NCBI GenBank assembly: GCA_045638485.1 | Contig: JAZUBM010000006.1 | Location: 79-64,078, forward strand | Source of the DNA: Lentihominibacter sp. | Lineage (GTDB): Bacteria; Bacillota; Clostridia; Peptostreptococcales; Anaerovoracaceae | Direction: 5' to 3' | Length of the DNA stretch: 64,000 nucleotides | Part shown: in pieces, positions 10,703 to 19,788 of the stretch | Position numbering within the stretch: position 1 is the stretch's first letter | Layout: each line of letters starts with the position of its first letter | Notes under the pieces: model-generated | Told to the model about the DNA's origin: nothing | Databases searched by the model: none | What the model saw: only the letters and a program-made list of their open reading frames with translations | Translations under genes and position numbers: made by a program

Positions 10703-10894
10703 ATGTCAAGAAAGTGTGAAGTATGCGGAAAAGGTCAGGTTTCCGGAAACAACGTGTCCCATTCAAACAGACACACAAGAAGAAAGTGGAATGCTAACGT
10801 TCAGACTGTAAGAATCGATGACAACGGAACAGTTAGAAAAGCTAAAGTATGCACTAGATGCTTAAGATCAGGCAAAGTAAACCGTGCCATCTAA
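10703..10894 (+). CDS. rpmB: 50S ribosomal protein L28
   Basis: MSRKCEVCGKG..GNNVSHS..TRRKWNANVQ..CTRCLRSGKV; ATG at 10703 after AAGGAGGTG. Confidence 0.97.
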   Translation: MSRKCEVCGKGQVSGNNVSHSNRHTRRKWNANVQTVRIDDNGTVRKAKVCTRCLRSGKVNRAI

Positions 10895-10911
10895 TTTAAT
10901 TTAAAAAATCG

Positions 10912-10940
10912 GCGCTCACCAATGGTGAGCGCTTGTTTTT
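10912..10940. terminator. Intrinsic terminator after rpmB (shared with the convergent small gene)
   Basis: GCGCTCACC-aat-GGTGAGCGC followed by a T-tract. Confidence 0.8.
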
Positions 10941-10949
10941 TTATGTAGC

Positions 10950-11147
10950 TTACTTTTTTAAAAGCATAATTCCCAGTATAACCAAGGACCAACTTAAAAT
11001 CAGAACCCAATATTTTAGGGGAAGAATCAGAGCCAGCAAAGTGAAAACGCCAAGAATCACCATTGCGGCACCTATTTTTGAGTTCTTGCATTTGGATTTT
11101 GGTTTCTTTCTTGGTCTGGCGCAACATTGTTGATCAAATTTTTTCAT
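10950..11147 (-). CDS. 65-aa small membrane protein of unknown function, putatively sporulation-specific
   Basis: GAGGAG RBS; basic Cys-containing N-terminus followed by two hydrophobic segments; sigmaE/K-like promoter upstream. Confidence 0.7.
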   Translation of the reverse strand: MKKFDQQCCARPRKKPKSKCKNSKIGAAMVILGVFTLLALILPLKYWVLILSWSLVILGIMLLKK

Positions 11148-11165
11148 GTAACTTCTCCTCTTGTC

Positions 11166-11195
11166 ATATTATGAAAGAAGGATAAAGATTGTGAC
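11166..11195 (-). promoter_or_regulatory. sigmaE/sigmaK-type promoter for the small membrane protein
   Basis: Minus strand reads GTCACAAT-14-CATAATAT; this also fits sigmaK CACA-16-CATAnnnT. Confidence 0.6.
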
Positions 11196-11248
11196 AAATG
11201 ATATTTATATGATAAAATACAGATAAACATGAGCATAATAACAGGAGA

Positions 11249-11656
11249 ATGAAAATGTTTGATATGGAAACAAAGCTTGGAGAAATACATTTTTCTCAAG
11301 GCATTATAAATAAAATAGTTTTAAAAGCAGCTGAAAGTTATGACGGCAAAGTTATTCTTCATAACTATAAGGGCAAATATATGGATATGATGCCGGGACT
11401 CGCATCAAAAATGAATTTGTACGATGAAAGTACCGGCAGTGTTGAGTTTGCTCAAAATGAAGATGGATATACTCTCAAAGCACATATTGTTCTAAAGTTC
11501 GGTACAAGTATTAAGATGGTTACTGAAGGAATGATAGATAGTATTTATGAGAATGCCGAAAAAATTTTGGGGAAAAAGCCGGCAAAGGTAACTGTTGTGG
11601 TTACAGGAATTTTATCCAAAAATATAGCCAAGAGACATATAGAGGTAAGTAAATAG
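11249..11656 (+). CDS. Asp23/Gls24-family protein (divergent)
   Basis: TKLGEIHFSQGII..IV; HIVLKFGTSI..V...I; position between rpmB and recG. Confidence 0.75.
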   Translation: MKMFDMETKLGEIHFSQGIINKIVLKAAESYDGKVILHNYKGKYMDMMPGLASKMNLYDESTGSVEFAQNEDGYTLKAHIVLKFGTSIKMVTEGMIDSIYENAEKILGKKPAKVTVVVTGILSKNIAKRHIEVSK

Positions 11657-13695
11657 TGAAACTTAATGACAAGGTGACAGAACTGAAGGGACTCGGACCT
11701 AAAAAAGCAGAGGCCCTTGAAAAACTCAATATAAAAACCCTTGAAGATCTAATGTTATTCTTTCCGAGAGAATATGAAAACAGAAAGAATAAAGTTAAAA
11801 TATGCGATTTAAAGGTAGATCAACCTGCAGTGGTTAAGGGAAGAGTGTTGTCATTGGTCAGCGATAAGTATAAATACGGAAGAAAACAACTGCTGCGACT
11901 GCTGGTTACTGACGATACCGGAGTTATGGAAGTTGTTTTTTTTAATGCAAAATATTTAGTAAGTAGCTTTAAAAAAGGTAGTGAATATTTATTTTATGGC
12001 AAACCATCAATGAATTTCGGTAAAATTCAAATGGTGCATCCGGAATTTAGCAAGGATGAAGAAACGGGAGAAGGGATTCTACCTATTTACCCTCTGACAA
12101 AGGGAATAACTCAAAAGGAAATGAGACAGTGGCAGAAGGCTATAGCAAGTCTTTACAGCGAGGCTGAAGAATTTCTTGATAAAGAGATAGTTGATCGTAA
12201 CAGGCTGTGTAGTTTGGAATATGCTTTGGGAAACGTTCATTTTCCTGAGGAGAAGCAGAAACTGCTGGAAGCAAAATACAGACTGGTATTTGATGAACTC
12301 ATAGTATTGCAAACCGGATTGTTTGCAGCAAGACAAAATATAAAAAATGGAGAAAACGGGATTGCATTTTCAAAATCCGTTGATGTTTCACCATATATTG
12401 ATGCGATGCCATATTCATTGACTTCAGCCCAAAAGAGATGTGTTAATGAAATCCTTGAAGATTTAGAAAGTAACCGAATGATGAACAGACTTGTACAGGG
12501 AGATGTAGGCTCCGGAAAAACTGCGGTTGCAGAGATCGCAATGTACAAGGCAGTAAAAAGCGGATATCAAGCTGCACTTATGGCTCCTACTGAAATTCTT
12601 GCAAGGCAGCATTTCGAGGGAATAAAAGAGAGCTTTGCACGGCATGGTATTACGGTGGGCTTTTTATCAGGCAATATGAAAGCCTCTGAAAAACGCGAAG
12701 TTTTGGAAGACCTCAAAGTTGGAAAGATTCAGGTGTTGGTGGGAACTCATGCCATTATTCAGCCTGATGTTTCTTTTGAAAAACTTGGACTTGTAATCAC
12801 CGATGAACAACATAGATTCGGTGTGGGTCAAAGGATAAAGCTTAAGGAAAAAGGAGAAAATCCTAATATATTGGTTATGACAGCTACGCCTATACCAAGA
12901 ACCCTCGCAGTGATTTTGTATGGAGATTTGGATATTTCCATTATTGACGAACTTCCTCCGGGCAGACAGAAGATAAGCACAAGAACAGTAACTTCTGAAA
13001 CACGAGAAAAATGTTATGACTTCGTTGGTAAACAGTTGGATGCCGGAAGGCAGGCATACGTGGTTACACCTTTAATAGAGGATTCTGATGTGCTTGATGT
13101 AAAATCTGCAGAACAAACTGCCGAAGAGTTGAGCGAAAGGTTTAATAAATATAATGTCGCATTGATTCATGGAGGGATGAAGCAAGCAGAAAAAGATGAA
13201 ATAATGGAAAGCTTCTATAATGGTGATATAGATGTACTGGTTGCCACCGTTGTAATAGAGGTCGGAATAAATGTTCCCAATGCTTCTGTAATAGTTATCG
13301 AAAATGCCGAAAGATTTGGCCTTGCTCAGCTGCATCAGCTCAGAGGTCGCGTGGGAAGAGGAAAACACAAATCATATTGCTTCCTGGTTTTAGAAGGCAA
13401 ATCGGAAGTGGCAATGAAAAGATGTGAAATCATGGAAAGCTCATCAGATGGCTTTTACATATCGGAAGAAGATTTGAAACTTAGAGGACCGGGAGAAATC
13501 TTCGGTACGAGACAGCATGGACTTCCTGACTTGAACATTGCCGATTTGGCGAAACATTTAGACGTTCTTGAAAATGCAAAGAAAGAAGCGAAAAATATTT
13601 TAGAAAAAGATCCATATCTGGAAAACGTTGAAAACCAAGGTTTGAAGCGAAGAATAATACATCTTTTCGGTAAGGATATGACATTAGATCTATAG
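11656..13695 (+). CDS. recG: ATP-dependent DNA helicase RecG
   Basis: RLVQGDVGSGKT, DEQHRFGV, MTATPIPRTL and LHQLRGRVGRG; GTG start. Confidence 0.97.
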   Translation: MKLNDKVTELKGLGPKKAEALEKLNIKTLEDLMLFFPREYENRKNKVKICDLKVDQPAVVKGRVLSLVSDKYKYGRKQLLRLLVTDDTGVMEVVFFNAKYLVSSFKKGSEYLFYGKPSMNFGKIQMVHPEFSKDEETGEGILPIYPLTKGITQKEMRQWQKAIASLYSEAEEFLDKEIVDRNRLCSLEYALGNVHFPEEKQKLLEAKYRLVFDELIVLQTGLFAARQNIKNGENGIAFSKSVDVSPYIDAMPYSLTSAQKRCVNEILEDLESNRMMNRLVQGDVGSGKTAVAEIAMYKAVKSGYQAALMAPTEILARQHFEGIKESFARHGITVGFLSGNMKASEKREVLEDLKVGKIQVLVGTHAIIQPDVSFEKLGLVITDEQHRFGVGQRIKLKEKGENPNILVMTATPIPRTLAVILYGDLDISIIDELPPGRQKISTRTVTSETREKCYDFVGKQLDAGRQAYVVTPLIEDSDVLDVKSAEQTAEELSERFNKYNVALIHGGMKQAEKDEIMESFYNGDIDVLVATVVIEVGINVPNASVIVIENAERFGLAQLHQLRGRVGRGKHKSYCFLVLEGKSEVAMKRCEIMESSSDGFYISEEDLKLRGPGEIFGTRQHGLPDLNIADLAKHLDVLENAKKEAKNILEKDPYLENVENQGLKRRIIHLFGKDMTLDL

Positions 13696-13783
13696 CATGG
13701 GAAATGACGGAAACGCAAGGAATTATTGCTTGTAATACTTTTGTTCTCACGGGTTAAATTAGTATTACAGGAGGTGAGAAACA

Positions 13784-13984
13784 ATGTCATTACAGGATAA
13801 AACAAATGTCAGCGCAAAGCCGGCATTAAAGAACTTGAAGACTGAGATTGCCAACGAGCTGGGTCTTGCGAACTATGATCAGACAGATAAGGGAAACCTT
13901 ACAGCGAGACAGAATGGTTATGTTGGAGGCTATATGACCAAGAGATTGGTTGAAATGGCTGAGCAGCAGATGTCAGGTAAATAA
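13784..13984 (+). CDS. Alpha/beta-type small acid-soluble spore protein
   Basis: LKTEIANELG...GNLTARQNGYVGGYMTKRLVEMAEQQM. Confidence 0.95.
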   Translation: MSLQDKTNVSAKPALKNLKTEIANELGLANYDQTDKGNLTARQNGYVGGYMTKRLVEMAEQQMSGK

Positions 13985-14024
13985 CCGTGTCAATGCAGTA
14001 ATAATGCAATAGACTAAATGAAAA

Positions 14025-14060
14025 GAGAGATATTTGCACTTAATGTGAATATCTCTTTTT
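14025..14060 (+). terminator. Intrinsic terminator after the SASP gene
   Basis: AGAGATATT..AATATCTCT hairpin plus T-tract. Confidence 0.7.
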
Positions 14061-14126
14061 CAATTGGGGTAGATATATTTTTTCTTTAGTGCTAGAATTA
14101 GGAAAGATGAAATTAGGAGGAAAATT

Positions 14127-14663
14127 ATGCGTATAATAGCAGGTGAATATAAAGGTAGAAAGCTGGAGTCCCCGGCTGACAATTCAGTTAGACCTACAAC
14201 TGATAAAGTAAAGGAAGCTCTCTTCAGTATTCTGGCAGACAGAATGTGGGGCAGCAGAGTTCTTGATCTTTTCTCAGGTACAGGCAATCTTGGGATAGAA
14301 GCTCTCAGTAGAGGCGCCGCAGAGTGCGTTTTCTGCGATAGCTCAAGAGATAGTCTCAGACTTATAAAAGCAAATATAGCTCATTGCAAAGCGCAGGAAG
14401 GCGCAAGAGTTGTACCGGGTGATTTCAAGAAGACTTTAATGAACCTTGATGGTCAGTTTGATATCATATTGCTGGATCCACCTTATGATAAGGGATTCAT
14501 TGAACCTGCTTTTGAACTTATAAGACAGCAGAATCTTCTGGCTGAAGATGGAGTGATTGTTGCAGAACACAGAAAAGAAGAAGACCTTCCTGATGAATTA
14601 CACGGCTTTGTAAAGGAAAAAGAACGTAGATATGGCATAATCAAGTTATCAATATATTGTTGA
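14127..14663 (+). CDS. rsmD: 16S rRNA m2G966 methyltransferase
   Basis: MRIIAGEYKGRKL, RPTTDKVKEALF, LDLFSGTG and DPPY. Confidence 0.96.
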   Translation: MRIIAGEYKGRKLESPADNSVRPTTDKVKEALFSILADRMWGSRVLDLFSGTGNLGIEALSRGAAECVFCDSSRDSLRLIKANIAHCKAQEGARVVPGDFKKTLMNLDGQFDIILLDPPYDKGFIEPAFELIRQQNLLAEDGVIVAEHRKEEDLPDELHGFVKEKERRYGIIKLSIYC

Positions 14664-14716
14664 ATAGAGTAGTCTTACATGGTATAATTAACTAGTATTA
14701 GTGGGAGGACTGACAG

Positions 14717-15202
14717 ATGTATACGAAAGCTCTTTATACCGGCTCCTTTGACCCGCTGACTAACGGGCATTTGAATATTATAGAGAGAGCGGCTAAGCTT
14801 TATGATGAACTTACAATAGGGATTATAGTAAATCCTTCCAAGAAAGCCATGTTTTCATTGGAAGAAAGAAAGTCCATGATTGAAGAAACCTTGAGTCATT
14901 TAAACAATGTGAAAGTTGAATTCTTTTCAGGACTTCTGGCTGATTTTGTCAATGAAAACGGATTTAACGTAGTAGTTAGGGGACTACGAGCTGCTATGGA
15001 TTTCGAATATGAAATCCAGATGGCACATATGAATGCAAGACTGTTCAATGAACAGGTGGAGACTGTATTTCTGATGACGGATCCAAATTATTCATTTATC
15101 AGTTCCAGTATGATGAAAGAGGTTCACACACTGGGAGGATCAATTGAAGGTTTGGTACCTGAAGTAATACTTAAAAGAATGAATGAAAAAATTGAAGGTT
15201 AA
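14717..15202 (+). CDS. coaD: Phosphopantetheine adenylyltransferase
   Basis: YTGSFDPLTNGHL, RGLRAAMDFEYE and ISSSMMKEV. Confidence 0.97.
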   Translation: MYTKALYTGSFDPLTNGHLNIIERAAKLYDELTIGIIVNPSKKAMFSLEERKSMIEETLSHLNNVKVEFFSGLLADFVNENGFNVVVRGLRAAMDFEYEIQMAHMNARLFNEQVETVFLMTDPNYSFISSSMMKEVHTLGGSIEGLVPEVILKRMNEKIEG

Positions 15203-15217
15203 TGACAGGAGGTCAAA

Positions 15218-15784
15218 ATGAGAGTTTTAGAACTTTTGGAAGAAATTGAAGAAATAGTTGATACAGCGGCCGGTTTTCCACTGACAGGAAAAATCATGGT
15301 TGACTCACAGGAACTCCTGGAGATCGTAAGAGAAATCAGAGCTGAGCTTCCTGATGAAATTCAGCAGGCACAGTGGATTAAGAACGAAAGAGAAAGAATT
15401 ATTGCTGAAGCTAAGACTCAGTATGAGGCAGTAATCGATGATGCACAGAAGCAGGCAGATACTCTTGTTGAAAATAACGACATCACGATCAAGTCAAAGA
15501 TGAGAGCTGATGAACTGATGAGAGTCACAGAAAACACTGCTAAGCAGCTGAAAATCGGTACATACGAATACCTGGACAGCATTCTTTACAGTTTCCAGGG
15601 TAAGATGGAACACCTTAGCTCCATCTATTTCGGAGAAATGTTCACAAGCATTGAAAAGGCATTTGATGACATCAATTCAGCTCTTGCAGCCAACAGAGAT
15701 GAACTGAAAGATATGGCATACAGAGCACAGATGAATGCAGAAGAAATGCCGGAACCATCACCAATTCCGGATTACGAAAAATAA
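15218..15784 (+). CDS. Conserved clostridial coiled-coil hypothetical protein (DivIVA/ATPase-subunit-like)
   Basis: LLEEIEEIV...PLTGKIMVD..ELLEIVREIRAELPDEIQQA; typical coaD-linked ORF. Confidence 0.75.
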   Translation: MRVLELLEEIEEIVDTAAGFPLTGKIMVDSQELLEIVREIRAELPDEIQQAQWIKNERERIIAEAKTQYEAVIDDAQKQADTLVENNDITIKSKMRADELMRVTENTAKQLKIGTYEYLDSILYSFQGKMEHLSSIYFGEMFTSIEKAFDDINSALAANRDELKDMAYRAQMNAEEMPEPSPIPDYEK

Positions 15785-15829
15785 ATCTATGCATAACATA
15801 TATCCATGGTCTATGAAATAAAATGGACC

Positions 15830-16744
15830 ATGGATATTTTTAATTTTGGAAGAAAAAAAGTATTAGCAACTTTGCTGACTATTTGTTGTTGCTTGCTCAT
15901 GATTATATTTCCTCAGACTGCATTGTTCTCTGCGAGAAATGCCATATCTTTGTGGCTTACGGATGTTTTACCCGCATTGCTGCCGTTTTTTATATGTGCT
16001 AATTTCTTGCAGAATATAGATGTTACAAAACATTTAAGTGCAGGAGTGTTTCCATTTGTCATGAGCGTTTTGTCGGGGTATCCAATGGGAAGCAAAATAG
16101 TCGGAGATCTTAGGAGAAAAAACGATATATCTCTCAAAGAGGCTATGAGACTCATGAGCTTTTGTAATACATCAGGACCTGCTTTTATAATTGGAGCAGT
16201 TGGCGTTGGAATGTTAGGAACGAGTGTTGGTGGTGCAATAATAGCATTCTCACATTATAGCGGAGCTTTAATAAACAGATTCGTATATAGTAAATTTATA
16301 AAAGCAGAAAGATATGAATCTGTCAGCATTACTATAGGGAACACCCCTATTCAAGAGGCTTTGACAGATGCTATACAAATGTCTTTGAAATCCTTGGGAA
16401 TAATCCTTGCGTACATTGTTATTTTTATGTTTGCCACTGATATGTTGGAGTTTTTAGGCATATTATCCTTTTCGGATAGTGATGGGATGAGTGCACTGAT
16501 AAAAGGAATCTTTGAAATGACTGTAGGATGTGAGGCTGTATCTGAGGTGGCAGATGTAACGATAGGGGTTAAAACTGTTTTATGTACTTTTATTTTGTCT
16601 TGGGGAGGGTTATCTATTTTCGGACAAACCATGAGCATGCTTTCGGGTTCGGGGATAAGTGCCGGATACATTTTATTAACTAAGATTACTCATGGACTTT
16701 TTTCGGCAGGGATAGCTTTCGTCATCACACTATTTATGTTATGA
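15830..16744 (+). CDS. ylbJ: Sporulation integral membrane protein YlbJ-like (start uncertain; the ORF opens at 15806)
   Basis: VLPALLPFFI, SVLSGYPMGSK, FCNTSGPAFIIGAVG, GIFEMTVG and SWGGLSI. Confidence 0.8.
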   Translation: MDIFNFGRKKVLATLLTICCCLLMIIFPQTALFSARNAISLWLTDVLPALLPFFICANFLQNIDVTKHLSAGVFPFVMSVLSGYPMGSKIVGDLRRKNDISLKEAMRLMSFCNTSGPAFIIGAVGVGMLGTSVGGAIIAFSHYSGALINRFVYSKFIKAERYESVSITIGNTPIQEALTDAIQMSLKSLGIILAYIVIFMFATDMLEFLGILSFSDSDGMSALIKGIFEMTVGCEAVSEVADVTIGVKTVLCTFILSWGGLSIFGQTMSMLSGSGISAGYILLTKITHGLFSAGIAFVITLFML

Positions 16745-16751
16745 TACCATT

Positions 16752-17972
16752 ATGAAAATTACAGGAATAACAGCAGAATACAATCCGTTACATAACGGAC
16801 ACAAATTTCATATAGAAAAAACACGAGAATTGACAGAAGCAGACTGCATTGTTGCGGTAATGAGCGGTAATTTTACCCAGAGAGGAGAAGCTGCCATTCT
16901 TGACAAATGGGAACGAAGCAAGCTGGCTGTAGACAATGGTGTGGACTTAGTATTGGAACTCCCATTTGTGTATGCGTGCAGCAGAGCAGAATCCTTTGCA
17001 AGTGGAGCCGTAGATATTTTGCAAGGCATAGGCGCAACATCTATTTCTTTTGGTAGCGAAAGCGGTGATATTTCAGCGCTTAATGATCTGATAACATCGA
17101 TAGAGGATAATGCTGATTCTATCGAGCGTGAAAGAATTGGAATTATGAAGTCCGGAACTTCTTTTGCTAAGGCGGGAGAAATGGCAGTTGAACAAATCTT
17201 GGGAACCGAAGCTGCCAAGCTTATGGTGTCACCAAATAATATTCTCGCATTGGAATATCTTAAGAGAATAACTTATTGGAATAAACAGGGACATGACATC
17301 GAAGCTATTACCGTAAAACGCCACGGATCAGGATATCATGGCATTAATGAAGAAGCGGGATTTGCAGGAGCATCGGCAATACGAAAGATGAGATCCAAAG
17401 TGCATTTTTCAGAGTATGTACCTGAAGACGTGGCAGAAGCCTTGGAAAAGGCCTTCTCTTACGGTGATGGAAAAGGTGCGCTTTTGCATATGGAAGAAGA
17501 GATGTTTCGACTCTTACGAGGTGAAGTCGTTAAAAGCCCACCTGAGGAATTGAGAAAGGTCTTTTGTATGGGTGAAGGCCTTGAGAATAAATTAAAAAAA
17601 GAAATAGTAAAGGCTGAAAGCTTAAGCGATTTTGTTGACTCTTTGGTTTCAAAAAGATATACAGAGGCAGCAATAAGACGTCTTTTGGTATATGTGCTAT
17701 TGGGAATAAAAGAATACGAACCTTCGAAAGCCGTATACGGCAGAGTTCTGGCTGCGGGAGAGAAAGGGAGGAAGTTGCTGGGAGACTTAAGAAAATCCGA
17801 TGAACATATGCCTTTGATTACCAATATCAATAAAGATGAAATTGAGAATGGGGAAGTGCAGGACTGCGTGGCTTATGATATTTTAGCGGCGGACATGTAC
17901 AATGTTCTTTTGAACAGGGATTTGTATAGCTTTTCGGATAGAGTGAGAAGACCATATATGGCAGGAATTTAA
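16752..17972 (+). CDS. tmcAL: tRNA(Met) cytidine acetate ligase (HIGH nucleotidyltransferase, YlbM-like)
   Basis: GITAEYNPLHNGH, MSGNFTQRGEAA, PNNILALEY and GASAIR. Confidence 0.92.
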   Translation: MKITGITAEYNPLHNGHKFHIEKTRELTEADCIVAVMSGNFTQRGEAAILDKWERSKLAVDNGVDLVLELPFVYACSRAESFASGAVDILQGIGATSISFGSESGDISALNDLITSIEDNADSIERERIGIMKSGTSFAKAGEMAVEQILGTEAAKLMVSPNNILALEYLKRITYWNKQGHDIEAITVKRHGSGYHGINEEAGFAGASAIRKMRSKVHFSEYVPEDVAEALEKAFSYGDGKGALLHMEEEMFRLLRGEVVKSPPEELRKVFCMGEGLENKLKKEIVKAESLSDFVDSLVSKRYTEAAIRRLLVYVLLGIKEYEPSKAVYGRVLAAGEKGRKLLGDLRKSDEHMPLITNINKDEIENGEVQDCVAYDILAADMYNVLLNRDLYSFSDRVRRPYMAGI

Positions 17973-18005
17973 TGGTTTATTTGGTGGATAAATAAGGCAA
18001 AACTC

Positions 18006-18034
18006 TTGAAAATGTAAGCTCTAAGTTGTATAAT
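18006..18034 (+). promoter_or_regulatory. sigmaA promoter of ackA
   Basis: TTGAAA-17-TATAAT. Confidence 0.7.
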
Positions 18035-18105
18035 GTACGTTAGGTATTTATGCAATGCCTTAATCAACGTTTATTATTTAATTGAAAATATGGAGGAAAT
18101 CGTAA

Positions 18106-19305
18106 ATGAAAGTTTTAGTAATCAACTGCGGAAGTTCATCACTGAAGTATCAGGTACTGGACATGACTAATGAAGTACTGATGTGTAAAGGTCTGGTAGA
18201 AAGAATCGGAATGGAAGGTTCACAGATTACTCACGAAAAGATCGGAATGGACAAGTTCAAGAACGTAGTTCCTATGGATGACCATAAGGATGCTATCTCT
18301 CACGTTCTGATGGCTATCCAGGATGCTAACCACGGTGTTGTTAAATCAATGGATGAAATCGGTGCAGTAGGACACAGAGTTGTTCATGCGGGCGAAAAGT
18401 TTGCTCATTCAGTACTGATCGACGATGCAGTTAAGGCTGCACTGGAAGAGTGCGTAGATCTGGCACCTCTCCACAACCCACCAAACCTGCTGGGTATCGC
18501 TGCATGTCAGGAACTGATGCCAAACACTCCAATGGTTGGCGTATTCGATACAGCTTTCCATCAGACTATGCCTCCTGAATCATACATTTACGCTATTCCT
18601 TATGAATACTATCAGAAGCACGGTATCAGAAGATACGGCTTCCACGGAACAAGCCATAAGTATGTAGCAGAAAGAGCTGCTGACATCCTGAACGTAAATC
18701 TGGATGACCTGAAACTGATCACTTGCCACCTGGGTAACGGAGCATCAGTATCAGCTATCAAGAGAGGCGTTTGTATCGATACGTCAATGGGATTCACTCC
18801 ACTTGAAGGTCTCGTAATGGGAACAAGATCAGGTGATATCGACCCTGCTATCGTAACATACATCAGAGAAAAAGAAGGTCTGGAACCAGGCGTAGCTAAC
18901 GAAATCCTGAACAAGAAGTCAGGCGTTCTGGGCATCTCCGGAGTATCAAGTGACTTCAGAGATCTGGAAGCTGCTGCTGAAGAAGGAAACGAAAGAGCTT
19001 TGCTGGCTCTGAAGGTGTTCGCTCACAAAGTAAGATTCTACATCGGAGCTTACATTGCTGAAATGAACGGCGTAGATGCTATCATCTTCACTGCAGGCGT
19101 TGGTGAAAACGATATCGCTATGAGAGACATCATCTGTAACGATCTGGGCAACCTGGGAATCAAGCTTGACCTGGTTAAGAACAAGGTTAGAGGTAAGGAA
19201 ATGATCATCTCAAGAGATGACTCAAAGGTTAAGATCATCCTGATCCCTACTAACGAAGAATTAATGATCGCTAGAGATACTTACAACATCGTAAAGGCTC
19301 TGTAA
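18106..19305 (+). CDS. ackA: Acetate kinase
   Basis: [39 protein letters not shown] and PTNEELMIA. Confidence 0.98.
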   Translation: MKVLVINCGSSSLKYQVLDMTNEVLMCKGLVERIGMEGSQITHEKIGMDKFKNVVPMDDHKDAISHVLMAIQDANHGVVKSMDEIGAVGHRVVHAGEKFAHSVLIDDAVKAALEECVDLAPLHNPPNLLGIAACQELMPNTPMVGVFDTAFHQTMPPESYIYAIPYEYYQKHGIRRYGFHGTSHKYVAERAADILNVNLDDLKLITCHLGNGASVSAIKRGVCIDTSMGFTPLEGLVMGTRSGDIDPAIVTYIREKEGLEPGVANEILNKKSGVLGISGVSSDFRDLEAAAEEGNERALLALKVFAHKVRFYIGAYIAEMNGVDAIIFTAGVGENDIAMRDIICNDLGNLGIKLDLVKNKVRGKEMIISRDDSKVKIILIPTNEELMIARDTYNIVKAL

Positions 19306-19335
19306 ACAAAGTTTTAGACATAACTAAAAAAACTG

Positions 19336-19365
19336 TTGACAAGTTATGCCTTGCGACTGTATACT
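19336..19365 (+). promoter_or_regulatory. sigmaA promoter of rpmF
   Basis: TTGACA-18-TATACT. Confidence 0.7.
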
Positions 19366-19447
19366 TTAATGGTTGCAAATTATCCATGCGGATTAATAGA
19401 TCCGATGGAAGAAACATATACACTAAGGAGCAAAAGGAGGTGTAGAA

Positions 19448-19630
19448 ATGGCAGTACCTAAGAGAAGAACTTCAAAGGCTAAGAGAGATATGAGAAGATC
19501 TCCTAACATGAAGAAAGTAGCACCTGGACTTTCAATTTGTCCACAGTGCCACGAGCCAAAGCTTCCGCATAGAGTTTGCCCTAACTGTAACTACTACAAT
19601 GGTAAAGAAGTTGTTGCTTCAGAAATGTAG
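19448..19630 (+). CDS. rpmF: 50S ribosomal protein L32
   Basis: [32 protein letters not shown]. Confidence 0.98.
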   Translation: MAVPKRRTSKAKRDMRRSPNMKKVAPGLSICPQCHEPKLPHRVCPNCNYYNGKEVVASEM

Positions 19631-19663
19631 TTCAGAGGCCAAAGTGGAATTAAAAAGTAAAGG

Positions 19664-19696
19664 ACAGCATCCTGATTTCAGGATGCTGTTTTTTTA
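19664..19696 (+). terminator. Intrinsic terminator after rpmF
   Basis: ACAGCATCCTG-attt-CAGGATGCTGT plus T-tract. Confidence 0.85.
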
Positions 19697-19788
19697 TTCA
19701 AAATATGGATTAGATGCGTCCCATGTGTTAGAATTGCTTTTGAAATAAGAATTTCTATATATAAGAGTATTTCAGGAGAAGTAGAAGG

